From: Collinsella sp.
GTDB lineage: Bacteria; Actinomycetota; Coriobacteriia; Coriobacteriales; Coriobacteriaceae
NCBI GenBank assembly: GCA_036550635.1
Contig: JAXKFZ010000003.1
Coordinates: forward strand, 1-34,463
Length of the DNA: 34,463 nt
Direction: 5' to 3'
This document shows positions 8,494 to 16,682 of this stretch, piece after piece (position 1 is the stretch's first letter; every line of letters begins with the position of its first letter). Position numbers and translations under genes: made by a program. The notes below the pieces were generated by a model, which worked only from the letters and a program-made list of their open reading frames with translations, was not told the origin of the DNA and searched no databases.

Positions 8494-8546
8494 CCGTCGA
8501 CACCCGCTTTAGGAGAGCGGTGCTCTATCCCCTGAGCTACGGAGGC
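8471..8546 (-). tRNA. tRNA-Arg(CCT)
   Basis: GCCTCCGTAGCTCAGGGGATAGAGCACCGCTCTCCTAAAGCGGGTGTCGACGGTTCGAATCCGCCCGGGGGCACCA; cloverleaf, anticodon loop CTCCTAA, encoded CCA. Confidence 0.97.
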
Positions 8547-8649
8547 ATGTTGTACTAGTGTAGCAGATTTGCCCCTTGGCCATGTAGCGCATGGCCACTC
8601 ATCAAGAAGGCTCTGCAGCGAATTATCGCCGTAGAGCCTTCTCAATAAC

Positions 8650-8821
8650 GGAAAATTATAACCCAGAATAACGCAAAATAATGGGATGGGGTTTCCTCTA
8701 ACCACATGTAAGGGAAATTCCATCCCGGTATTCGGCTAAAAAATGGGACAAGCTATCCCAACTGGCGCTCAAAAGGAAAATGCATCCCGGAATGAGAACG
8801 AATTCCGGGATGCATTTTCCG
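8650..8821. repeat. Tandem array of three 48-bp palindromic units (16-16-16) with a 62-bp period (family C)
   Basis: Units at 8650-8697, 8712-8759 and 8774-8821, consensus about CGGAAAnnGCATCCCG-N16-CGGGATGCnnTTTCCG. The last unit forms a perfect 19-bp stem that can also terminate the man operon. Confidence 0.75.
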
Positions 8822-8838
8822 CCATCTATCGCAGACGA

Positions 8839-9237
8839 CTAGTCGCCTTTGTGAAAGAGGCTTTTGATGGCAGCAGGGATGCTCTTGGCGCCCTTGGCCG
8901 TCACATCGATAAAGTCGGGCGAACGCACAAGCTTATCCTCGTCGACGTACTTGCGGACCGCGCGCAACGTCTCTTTGTCGTCGCGCGTCGAAAACGTAAA
9001 GTGACCGTTGTCCTTGGTGAAGATGGCAAAACGCGTGATCTTCTTGGTGCCGCGTAAAACCTCGGCGGCAATATAGTCGACCTCGTCCCACGGGATTTGA
9101 ATATAATCCTCGGGATTGCGCTCGTTGTAATACTCGAACGCCTTATTGCCCACCATCACGTTACCGTGGCTGGTAAGCCCCATCAGGCAGGTTGCCGGCG
9201 TTGCCAGATCGACCGTGCTGTTCTGAGATTGCGCCAT
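8839..9237 (-). CDS. manO: DUF956 / ManO-like protein
   Basis: MAQSQNSTVDL...GNVMVGNKAFEYYNERNPEDYIQIPWDEVDYI; lies downstream of the man-PTS genes; start after GGAGGG. Confidence 0.85.
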   Translation of the reverse strand: MAQSQNSTVDLATPATCLMGLTSHGNVMVGNKAFEYYNERNPEDYIQIPWDEVDYIAAEVLRGTKKITRFAIFTKDNGHFTFSTRDDKETLRAVRKYVDEDKLVRSPDFIDVTAKGAKSIPAAIKSLFHKGD

Positions 9238-9357
9238 GCGCGCCTCGCCCTCCAAATAAAACAATCGGACCGCATCCAGTGTACCCACCGGGTGCGGTCC
9301 GTTTCAATGGCTCAAAAGCCCTTGCCTAGCAATTCTCGGTCTTAAGCCGAAACGTGC

Positions 9358-10278
9358 TTACATGAAGCCGCAGACGCGACCGATGATGCCGATGGCGAAG
9401 AGAGCCAGGATGATGACGATCGGGCTGACCTTCTTCTTGAGGAGCTTGCAGACCAGCAGGGTCAGGCACACGGCGGCAAGGCCGGGGATGAGCTGATCGA
9501 GGTTGGCCTGAAGCGTGGTGACCTTCACCTGATCAAGGGCGTTAGCACCGATGGAGTTATACATCGTCAGTGCTTCCTTGACACCCTCAGAACCGGAGGG
9601 CAGGTTAGCCCAGTCGATAAAGGCGCCAGCAGACTGCGTGACCTTGGAGACGACCGGGGTGAAGGAGATGGACACCCAGCGCTCGACCAGGGCGCCGATG
9701 ATGAACATACCCAGGATGGATGCACCCTCGGTGACCTTGCCCATCAGACCGCCGGAGAGGTCCTTGGCGATGGAGGAGCCGACCTTGTAGCCAAACTCCT
9801 GCGTGTACCACAGGAAGGCGTAACGGATGATGTTCCACGCGAAGAAGAACAGCAGCGGACCGGCGATGCTGCCGGACAGGGCCAGGGAAGCGCCCAGAGC
9901 GCCCAGAATCGGGCGAAGGGTGAACCAGAAGGCGGGGTCGCCGACGCCGGCGAGCGGGCCCATCATACCGACCTTGACGCCCTGAATGGCGACGTCGTCA
10001 ATCGGGGCACCGTTGGCGCGCTCCTCCTCGAGAGCGAGGGTAACGCCAATGACGGGGGCGGAAACATAGGGGTGGGTGTTATAGAACTCCAGGTGGCGCT
10101 TAAGAGCGGCAATCTGGTCATCCTTGCTGGTGTAGAGCTTCTTGATCGCAGGGATCATTGCGAAGCACCAGCCGCCGTTCTGCATACGCTCGTAGTTCCA
10201 CGAGCCCTGAAGGAACTGATGACGGAAGCAAACCTTCTTGCGGTCAGCCTTGGTGAGCTGAATCTTGTTCTCTGCCAT
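9358..10278 (-). CDS. manZ: PTS mannose-family EIID
   Basis: QGSWNYERMQNGG, KRHLEFYNTHPY and MGPLAGVGD motifs. Confidence 0.95.
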   Translation of the reverse strand: MAENKIQLTKADRKKVCFRHQFLQGSWNYERMQNGGWCFAMIPAIKKLYTSKDDQIAALKRHLEFYNTHPYVSAPVIGVTLALEEERANGAPIDDVAIQGVKVGMMGPLAGVGDPAFWFTLRPILGALGASLALSGSIAGPLLFFFAWNIIRYAFLWYTQEFGYKVGSSIAKDLSGGLMGKVTEGASILGMFIIGALVERWVSISFTPVVSKVTQSAGAFIDWANLPSGSEGVKEALTMYNSIGANALDQVKVTTLQANLDQLIPGLAAVCLTLLVCKLLKKKVSPIVIILALFAIGIIGRVCGFM

Positions 10279-10294
10279 ATGTATCACTCCCCTC

Positions 10295-11113
10295 CTACTC
10301 GTAATCGTTCAGAATGTCGCCGAGCGGGTCACCGGAGCCGCCGCCCATGCCGCCACCCTGCTTGGCCAGATCCTTAAGGCCAAGGTAGATGAGGGCAAGG
10401 GAGATGCCGATGAGGCCAAGGGCGATCAGCGTGAGCTGAGGGATGGCAGCAAGGACAAAGCCGAGGATGAAGAACGGCCAGGTCTCCTTGGTGGCCATCA
10501 TGTTGATAACCATGGCGTAACCGACGGAAGCGACCATGCCGCCGCCGACAGCCATGCCGCCGGACAGCCAGTCGGGCATAGCGTTAAGCGCGTTGGTAAC
10601 AGCCTCGGCCGGGATGATGCACAGAAGTACTGCCGGGATGGCGATACGAAGGCCCTGCATGAGGATGGCAGCGTACTGCCAGCGCTCGATGCCGGAGAAG
10701 TCGCCCTTCTCGGCGCAACCGTCCATGGCGTGAGCGATAGCGGTAGCCAGGGTACGGCAGATCATGGTCAGGAACAGACCAGCGACCGACAGCGGGACGG
10801 CGACGGCGATGGCGGCGGTAACGGCCTTGGCCGAATCGGTGGCGCCACCGTTGAGGGCGAGCACCATGATGATCGAAGAAGCGACCGAGGCCAGAGCGGC
10901 GTCAGGCGCGACAGCGGCGCCGACGTTAGCCCAGCCAAGGGCCATCATCTGGAGCGAACCGCCCAGGAGGATGCCCTCCTGAAGGTGACCGGTTACGAGA
11001 CCGATAAGCGTGCATGCCACGAGCGGCTGATGGAACTGGAACTCATCCAGAATGCCTTCCATACCGGCAAGCAACGCGACAATCGCAACAAGCAGAATAG
11101 TGATTGCAGACAT
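10295..11113 (-). CDS. manY: PTS mannose-family EIIC
   Basis: LDEFQFHQPLVACTLIGL and GWANVGAAVAPDAALAS motifs; C-terminal GDPLGDILNDY. Confidence 0.95.
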   Translation of the reverse strand: MSAITILLVAIVALLAGMEGILDEFQFHQPLVACTLIGLVTGHLQEGILLGGSLQMMALGWANVGAAVAPDAALASVASSIIMVLALNGGATDSAKAVTAAIAVAVPLSVAGLFLTMICRTLATAIAHAMDGCAEKGDFSGIERWQYAAILMQGLRIAIPAVLLCIIPAEAVTNALNAMPDWLSGGMAVGGGMVASVGYAMVINMMATKETWPFFILGFVLAAIPQLTLIALGLIGISLALIYLGLKDLAKQGGGMGGGSGDPLGDILNDYE

Positions 11114-11131
11114 GTATCGGACCCTCCTTTA

Positions 11132-12121
11132 CTATGCTTGAGCGGCCAGTTCGGCCTTAGCTTTCTTCAACATGGCGTCGAGATCCTCGGAGGAATCCGA
11201 AGGAACCTTGCGGACCTCGAACTTGACGCCCTTGGCCTTGAGGGCCTCGAGAGTCTTGACGTCGTCATCGCCCATAGCGACGGCGTTGGTGACGACGACC
11301 TTGCCCTTGGAGTGAGCCATGGAACCGATGTTGACTTCCTTGATGTCGACGCCGGCCTCGATGGCCTTGAGCAGATCCTGCGGGTTCTCGAAGAGCAGCA
11401 TGGCCTTGGTGTCACCAAAACGCGTGTCCTTGACGACCTCGGCCATCTTCTTGATAGGCACGACGTTGGCATGGACTCCCGGAGGGGCAGCCTGCTCGAT
11501 CATGGTCTTGCGGAGCTCGTCGTGAGCAACGCCGTCGGAAACCACGATGATGCGGTTGGGGTTGATCTGCTTGGTCCACGTGGTGGCCACCTGGCCATGA
11601 AGCAGACGGGTGTCGATACGGACGTGGGCAATCTTGATGTGCCCATCGCCGATGACCGTTCCCGGAGGGATGGCGCCTGCAGGAGCAGCGGCGGCCGCAG
11701 CCGGCTTCTTCTCCTCGGGCTCCAGAGACTCGGGCTTGACGCGCACGCCAGCCTTAGCCTCAGTCACGAGATGTTTTGCGATCGCATGTGCAGTGTTCTT
11801 TGCGTCAAAGCGCTGCGAATATGCCTCGATGAGCATAGGCAGGTTGACACCGGTGACGATAGCCCAGGAATCGTGGCCCTCGATGAGCCCGCTGATCTGG
11901 TTGAACGGCGTGCCGCCCCACAGATCAACGAGGAAGAGCACCTGCTCCTGGTCCTCGAAGGAAGCGACTGCTTCCTCGACCTTGGCACGGAAGTCGTCGG
12001 GGCCCATGCTCGGCTCGAGCGAGACCACGGCAACAGACGGCTGATCGCCAAAGACCATCGAGCCCGTCTGCTTGATTCCAGCTGCCAAGTCCCCGTGGCT
12101 AGCAAGAACAATACTTACCAT
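11132..12121 (-). CDS. manX: PTS mannose-family EIIAB
   Basis: IVLASHG, DLWGGTPFN, Ala/Pro linker and RIDTRLLHGQVAT; AGGAGG RBS. Confidence 0.95.
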   Translation of the reverse strand: MVSIVLASHGDLAAGIKQTGSMVFGDQPSVAVVSLEPSMGPDDFRAKVEEAVASFEDQEQVLFLVDLWGGTPFNQISGLIEGHDSWAIVTGVNLPMLIEAYSQRFDAKNTAHAIAKHLVTEAKAGVRVKPESLEPEEKKPAAAAAAPAGAIPPGTVIGDGHIKIAHVRIDTRLLHGQVATTWTKQINPNRIIVVSDGVAHDELRKTMIEQAAPPGVHANVVPIKKMAEVVKDTRFGDTKAMLLFENPQDLLKAIEAGVDIKEVNIGSMAHSKGKVVVTNAVAMGDDDVKTLEALKAKGVKFEVRKVPSDSSEDLDAMLKKAKAELAAQA

Positions 12122-12338
12122 CACATAACCTCCTTTTTGTCTACGTATTTCCTACACGACATGAAAGGAGTATACCTGTTTTGATTGTGGAATTATAGCT
12201 AAATTCGCAAAAGGTTGGATTATTTGTTTAAACGTCTAAGTTTGTTACAAATTGATTACGTTACTGCTTTTTGACTCATTACACGACAAGGCGTCGCTCA
12301 TCAAGCTATGTATTTTATAGATACAAGCAAGCTGTTCA

Positions 12339-12354
12339 TTAATATCGATATTAA
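12339..12354. promoter_or_regulatory. Perfect 16-bp palindrome TTAATATCGATATTAA in the AT-rich man-PTS upstream region
   Basis: Self-complementary; located in an AT-rich intergenic region of about 300 bp. Confidence 0.45.
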
Positions 12355-12448
12355 GCAAGTGCGAATGTGCTCGTACTGTCACTATTTTGTTTAAACAGAC
12401 ATGGCTTGACTATTTGCACGACTTATGATCAACAAAACTACTCAAAAA

Positions 12449-12515
12449 AGTTGCGGTGAAATAGTTCTTGTTTAAGAGTCCGAAGGCTGGATTTAGGAAC
12501 TATTTCACCGCAACT
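12449..12515. repeat. 67-bp palindromic element (family A): AGTTGCGGTGAAATAG-N35-CTATTTCACCGCAACT
   Basis: Perfect 16-bp arms; a second copy with identical geometry lies at 21077-21143. Confidence 0.9.
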
Positions 12516-12526
12516 TATAGGGGATC

Positions 12527-12955
12527 CTAGACGATGTGGAGGGGGTTGGCGGCGTCGACGGCGTCGGGGACGTCGGAAGGGCCGTCGGGGACAGCGTCTG
12601 CCGGGTCCTCGTCGGGGGTCTCGATCTGTTTGATCATGACCTCCTGGCCCTGCAGCAGGTATGTCTCGCCGCTACCGCAATGGGGACAGGTCTTGCCGTG
12701 CTCGACCGTCGCATAGTCGCGGCCACATGCCTCGCAATGCGTCACGGCCTCGACGGGCTCCACAACAAGCTCCGCGCCCTGCGCGATGGGCTTTTTATCT
12801 GCCGCCCAGCGCCAAGCGTCGAGCAGCAACTCGGGAACGACGCCCGAGACCTCGCCCAGCAGCAACGTCACGCTCGAAACGCGACGCACGCCATTGGCAC
12901 GCGCCACGTTCTCAACATCACGAATGATGTGATACACAATCCCGAGCTCGTGCAC
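12527..12955 (-). CDS. hypA: Hydrogenase maturation nickel metallochaperone HypA family
   Basis: N-terminal MHE, GEVSGVVP and two CxxC motifs (CEAC, CPHC); acidic tail; GTG start after AAAGGA. Confidence 0.9.
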   Translation of the reverse strand: MHELGIVYHIIRDVENVARANGVRRVSSVTLLLGEVSGVVPELLLDAWRWAADKKPIAQGAELVVEPVEAVTHCEACGRDYATVEHGKTCPHCGSGETYLLQGQEVMIKQIETPDEDPADAVPDGPSDVPDAVDAANPLHIV

Positions 12956-12988
12956 TATTAATCCTTTCGCCGTTCCCGTTATGGCTAC

Positions 12989-15766
12989 TTATTTCCTACC
13001 AAATTTAATCTTGATGGCGCGCTTCAAAGCATACTTGCCCAGGCTCGGAAGCTTTTGCTCGTATTTGACCATCGTGGAGCACTCGGGGCGGTCGCGATCC
13101 AGATGGATGGCGTCGAACGCGCACTTGGTGGTGCACAGGCCGCAGCCAATGCACTTGTTGGGGTCGACGATCGAGGCGCCGCAGCCCAGGCAGCGGGCGG
13201 TCTCGGCGCGCACCTGCTCCTCGGTAAAGGTCTCAACATACTCGCTAAACGGCGCAGCCTTCTCGCGTTCGCGGTCCACATGCGCAACCTCGCGGCTCGC
13301 GTTGTCGTAGCTCTCGAGCACAACGTCGTTGCGGTCGAGCGCGGTGTAGCGGCGCTGGTTGCGGCCGATGGTGAGCGTGGAGCCCGGCTGCACAAAGCGA
13401 TGGATGGACACGGCGGCCTCGTGACCGGCGGCGATGGCATCGATGGCAAAGCTCGGACCGGTATAGACGTCGCCGCCCACAAAGATGTCGGGCTCGGCAG
13501 TCTGATAGGTCTGGGGATCGGCAAGGGCGCCCCGGCCGCGGCCAAGCTCCACCTTGGAGCCAGCCAGCAGGTCGCCCCACACAATGGACTGGCCAATCGA
13601 CATAACGACACGATCGGCATCGACACGGCGCAGATCGTTCTCGTCGTACTCGGGCGCAAAACGGCCCTCGTCGTCAAAGACACGCGTGCAGCGCTTGAAG
13701 GTGATGCCGCACACGCGACCGGCCTCGTCCAGGTGAATCTCCTTGGGGCCCCATCCGCAGCTGATGTGAGCGCCGTCCTCAACGGCCTCGCGACGCTCCT
13801 CCTCGCTGGCGGGCATCTGAGCCTCGCTCTCCAGGCAGAACATCTCAACATGCTCAGAGCCCAGACGGCAGGCGTTGCGGGCAACGTCGATGGCCACGTT
13901 GCCGCCGCCCACCACAATGGTGCGGCCGGACAGGGAATCGATCTTGCCGCTGTTAACCTCGCGAAGGAAGTCGACGGCCACGGTCACGTCCTCGGCATCC
14001 TCGCCCGGAATACCGGCAAGGCGGCCGCCCTGGCAGCCGATGGCAACATAAAAGGCCTTAAAACCCTGCTCGCGCAGCTCATCGAGCGTCACATCGCGAC
14101 CGACCTCCACGCCATAGCGGAACTCGGCACCCATCAGGCGAATGATCTCGACCTCGGCCTCGATAACGTCCTTCTCCAGCTTAAAGCTGGGAATACCGTA
14201 GGTGAGCATGCCGCCCGGACGCTCGTTCTTCTCGAACACGACGGGCTTATAGCCCTTCTCGGCCAGATAAAAAGCGCAGGACAGACCGGCCGGGCCGGCA
14301 CCGATGATGGCGATCTTCTGGTCGAAGCCGCCGGCACGCGTCGGCGTCACCACGGGCGGGACATAGCGGGTCGCGGCGTCCAGATCGCGCTGGGCGATAA
14401 ACTTCTTGACCTCGTCGATGGCCACGGCGGCGTCCACACGGCCGCGGGTGCAGGCATCCTCACAGCGGCGATTGCACACACGGCCGCAGATAGCGGGCAG
14501 AGGGTTCTCGCGCTTAATGAGTGCTAGGGCCTCGTCATAGCGACCCTGAGCCGCGAGCTTCAAATAGCCCTGAACGGCAACGTGCGCGGGGCAGGCCGTC
14601 TTGCAGGGCGCGGTGCCGGACTCATGCGTCTCGATGCGGTTGTCGTTGCGGTAGTTGGGCGACCACTTGGTGTGGTCCCACTTGGTGGCATCGGGCAGCT
14701 CCTGGCGCGGATACTCGGGCACCTGTCCGCCCGCCTTTTTGCTGCAGAGCTTCTGGCCCAGCTTGGCGGCGCCGGCCGGACACACCTCAACGCAGCGACC
14801 GCAGGCCACGCACTTGTCCTTCTCGACCTTGGCGACATAGGCCGAGCGCGACAGGTTGGGCGTGTTGAACAGCTGCGAGGTGCGCAGGGCGTAGCACACG
14901 TTGACGTTGCAGTTGCAGATGGCGAAGATCTTGTTCTCGCCGTCAATGTTGGTGATCTGGTGCACAAAGCCGTTGTCCTCGGCCTGGCGCAGGATGTCGT
15001 AGACCTCGTCGCGGGTCACGTAATGGCCACGATCGGTCTCGACCACGTAGTCGGCCATATCGCCCACGGCGATGCACCAATCGGCCGGGTCGTCGGCACA
15101 GCCCTCACCCATCACGCGACGGCTCGCACGGCAGCTGCAGGTGCTGGCGGCATACTTACCCTCGTATTTGTCGAGCCAGTGCTCGATATGCTCAATAGGC
15201 ACCGAGGTGCTCGCGGCATCGATGGCCTTCTCGACCGGAATGACGTGCATGCCGATGCCGGCGCCTCCGGGCGGCACCATCGGCGTGGCCTTGGACAGCG
15301 GACCCTTGGACGCCTGCTCAAAGAACTTGGCGTAGACCGGATGCTCATCGAGCTGGCTCACGCGCATGTTGAGGAACTCGGCAGAACCCGGCACCAGCAT
15401 GGGCAGGACCCACTGCTTGGCGCGCTCGGGGTTTTCCCAGTTATACTCGAGCAGACCCGTGTAGCTCATGTCGTCGAGCATCTTCTCGATATCGGCCTCG
15501 GGCATGCCGGTGAGCTTGACCATCTCGGGCAGCGTATAGGGACGGCGCATCTTCATCTTGCAGAGTACCTCGGCCTGCTCGTCAGTCGCGGCCTCGGCAA
15601 ACGACCAGTACTCGTAGCCCAGCAGCTCGTCGCGATGCAGCAGGCGGTTAGTGCAGTGCTCGCACAGTTTGACGATGGCCTCGCGCGGATGCTCCGGCAG
15701 CGGCGGCACAAACTCCGCACCGATATCGGGCTCGGTGTAGCTAATCCCCGGTCCGTTGAGAATCAT
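12989..15766 (-). CDS. Large multi-[4Fe-4S], FAD/NAD(P)-dependent oxidoreductase (GltD-like core with ferredoxin domains)
   Basis: CVACGRCVEVCP, APCKTACPAH, CGRVCNRRCEDAC, IIGAGPAG, VVGGGNVAID, RCLGC and CIGCGLCTTKC motifs. Probable start MILNGPG at 15766 (925 aa). Confidence 0.88.
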   Translation of the reverse strand: MILNGPGISYTEPDIGAEFVPPLPEHPREAIVKLCEHCTNRLLHRDELLGYEYWSFAEAATDEQAEVLCKMKMRRPYTLPEMVKLTGMPEADIEKMLDDMSYTGLLEYNWENPERAKQWVLPMLVPGSAEFLNMRVSQLDEHPVYAKFFEQASKGPLSKATPMVPPGGAGIGMHVIPVEKAIDAASTSVPIEHIEHWLDKYEGKYAASTCSCRASRRVMGEGCADDPADWCIAVGDMADYVVETDRGHYVTRDEVYDILRQAEDNGFVHQITNIDGENKIFAICNCNVNVCYALRTSQLFNTPNLSRSAYVAKVEKDKCVACGRCVEVCPAGAAKLGQKLCSKKAGGQVPEYPRQELPDATKWDHTKWSPNYRNDNRIETHESGTAPCKTACPAHVAVQGYLKLAAQGRYDEALALIKRENPLPAICGRVCNRRCEDACTRGRVDAAVAIDEVKKFIAQRDLDAATRYVPPVVTPTRAGGFDQKIAIIGAGPAGLSCAFYLAEKGYKPVVFEKNERPGGMLTYGIPSFKLEKDVIEAEVEIIRLMGAEFRYGVEVGRDVTLDELREQGFKAFYVAIGCQGGRLAGIPGEDAEDVTVAVDFLREVNSGKIDSLSGRTIVVGGGNVAIDVARNACRLGSEHVEMFCLESEAQMPASEEERREAVEDGAHISCGWGPKEIHLDEAGRVCGITFKRCTRVFDDEGRFAPEYDENDLRRVDADRVVMSIGQSIVWGDLLAGSKVELGRGRGALADPQTYQTAEPDIFVGGDVYTGPSFAIDAIAAGHEAAVSIHRFVQPGSTLTIGRNQRRYTALDRNDVVLESYDNASREVAHVDREREKAAPFSEYVETFTEEQVRAETARCLGCGASIVDPNKCIGCGLCTTKCAFDAIHLDRDRPECSTMVKYEQKLPSLGKYALKRAIKIKFGRK

Positions 15767-15860
15767 AGTCGTCCCTTCTCTTGCCACAGCCCGGCGAGAC
15801 CGCAGCACCCCTCTTTTTTTGCAGGCCGGGCATGCCCCCATGCCGTTCACCCGCCATTAG

Positions 15861-15898
15861 TTGACATTGTGTCAAAAATAGTATTGACGAACCGTCAA
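15861..15898. promoter_or_regulatory. Two TTGAC-N5-GTCAA palindromes, probable TetR operators in the divergent promoter
   Basis: TTGACATTGTGTCAA at 15861-15875 and TTGACGAACCGTCAA at 15884-15898. Confidence 0.7.
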
Positions 15899-15956
15899 CA
15901 ATATTCAAGACTGTTAGGCGAACGGTCAGGCAAAAGAGGATGAAAGGCGGCAAAAC

Positions 15957-16619
15957 ATGGGCAACAACGCAGCAGATACCTCTGTGGTCGATGCCGTCCC
16001 TGCATCCGATAGCGCGGCAAAGCGCCTGACGGGCGACGAACGCCGTCGCGAGATCCTCGATGCCGTGCGCACCGTAAGCTCCGAGTTGGGCGTGTCCCAC
16101 CTATCGGTATCGGCCGTGACCAAACGAGCCGGCTGCACGCGTTCATTGTTCTACCACTACTTTGCCGACATGGACGCCGCCGTCACCGCTGTTATGGACG
16201 AGGCGATCGACGGCTTTATCTCCGAGCTCGAGCAGTGGAATGCCAACCGCATCGTCGGTGATATTGAGGGCGCGCTCGACACCGTCGCCCCGCTCTTTAA
16301 GCGCCTGGTCGCCAGCGGCCACGAGCTGCCGAGTACGCTCACCTCAAGCAGCGGCGCGCTCTACGGCGGCTTTTTGCACAACGTGGTCCAGCGCGTGGCG
16401 CAGTATATCTGCGACACCACCGTGGTGGACTTTGTCGCCCATCATGAGCTACGCATCGACCATGTCTACGAGACGTTCTACACCCTCATCATGGGGTTGT
16501 TGATGTATATCCGTACGCACCCCGATGTGCCCGACGAGACGGTCAAAGAAATCATCGCCTCGACACTCCACATCGAGGGCTATACCGCCAAGTATCCGGA
16601 GCGCAAGCCCCAGAACTGA
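15957..16619 (+). CDS. TetR/AcrR-family transcriptional regulator
   Basis: RRREILDA...GVSHLSVSAVTKRAGCTRSLFYHYF HTH. Confidence 0.92.
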   Translation: MGNNAADTSVVDAVPASDSAAKRLTGDERRREILDAVRTVSSELGVSHLSVSAVTKRAGCTRSLFYHYFADMDAAVTAVMDEAIDGFISELEQWNANRIVGDIEGALDTVAPLFKRLVASGHELPSTLTSSSGALYGGFLHNVVQRVAQYICDTTVVDFVAHHELRIDHVYETFYTLIMGLLMYIRTHPDVPDETVKEIIASTLHIEGYTAKYPERKPQN

Positions 16620-16682
16620 CGACATTTGGCCAAACTGCCCGCGATCAGAAGAGGGGCCGCGGGCGTGTGAAAGGAGAGCAGC

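Noticed and set aside
8775..8820. Plain terminator only
   Set aside because: It may terminate manO, but it is also the third unit of a 62-bp-period palindrome array, so it is reported as a repeat.
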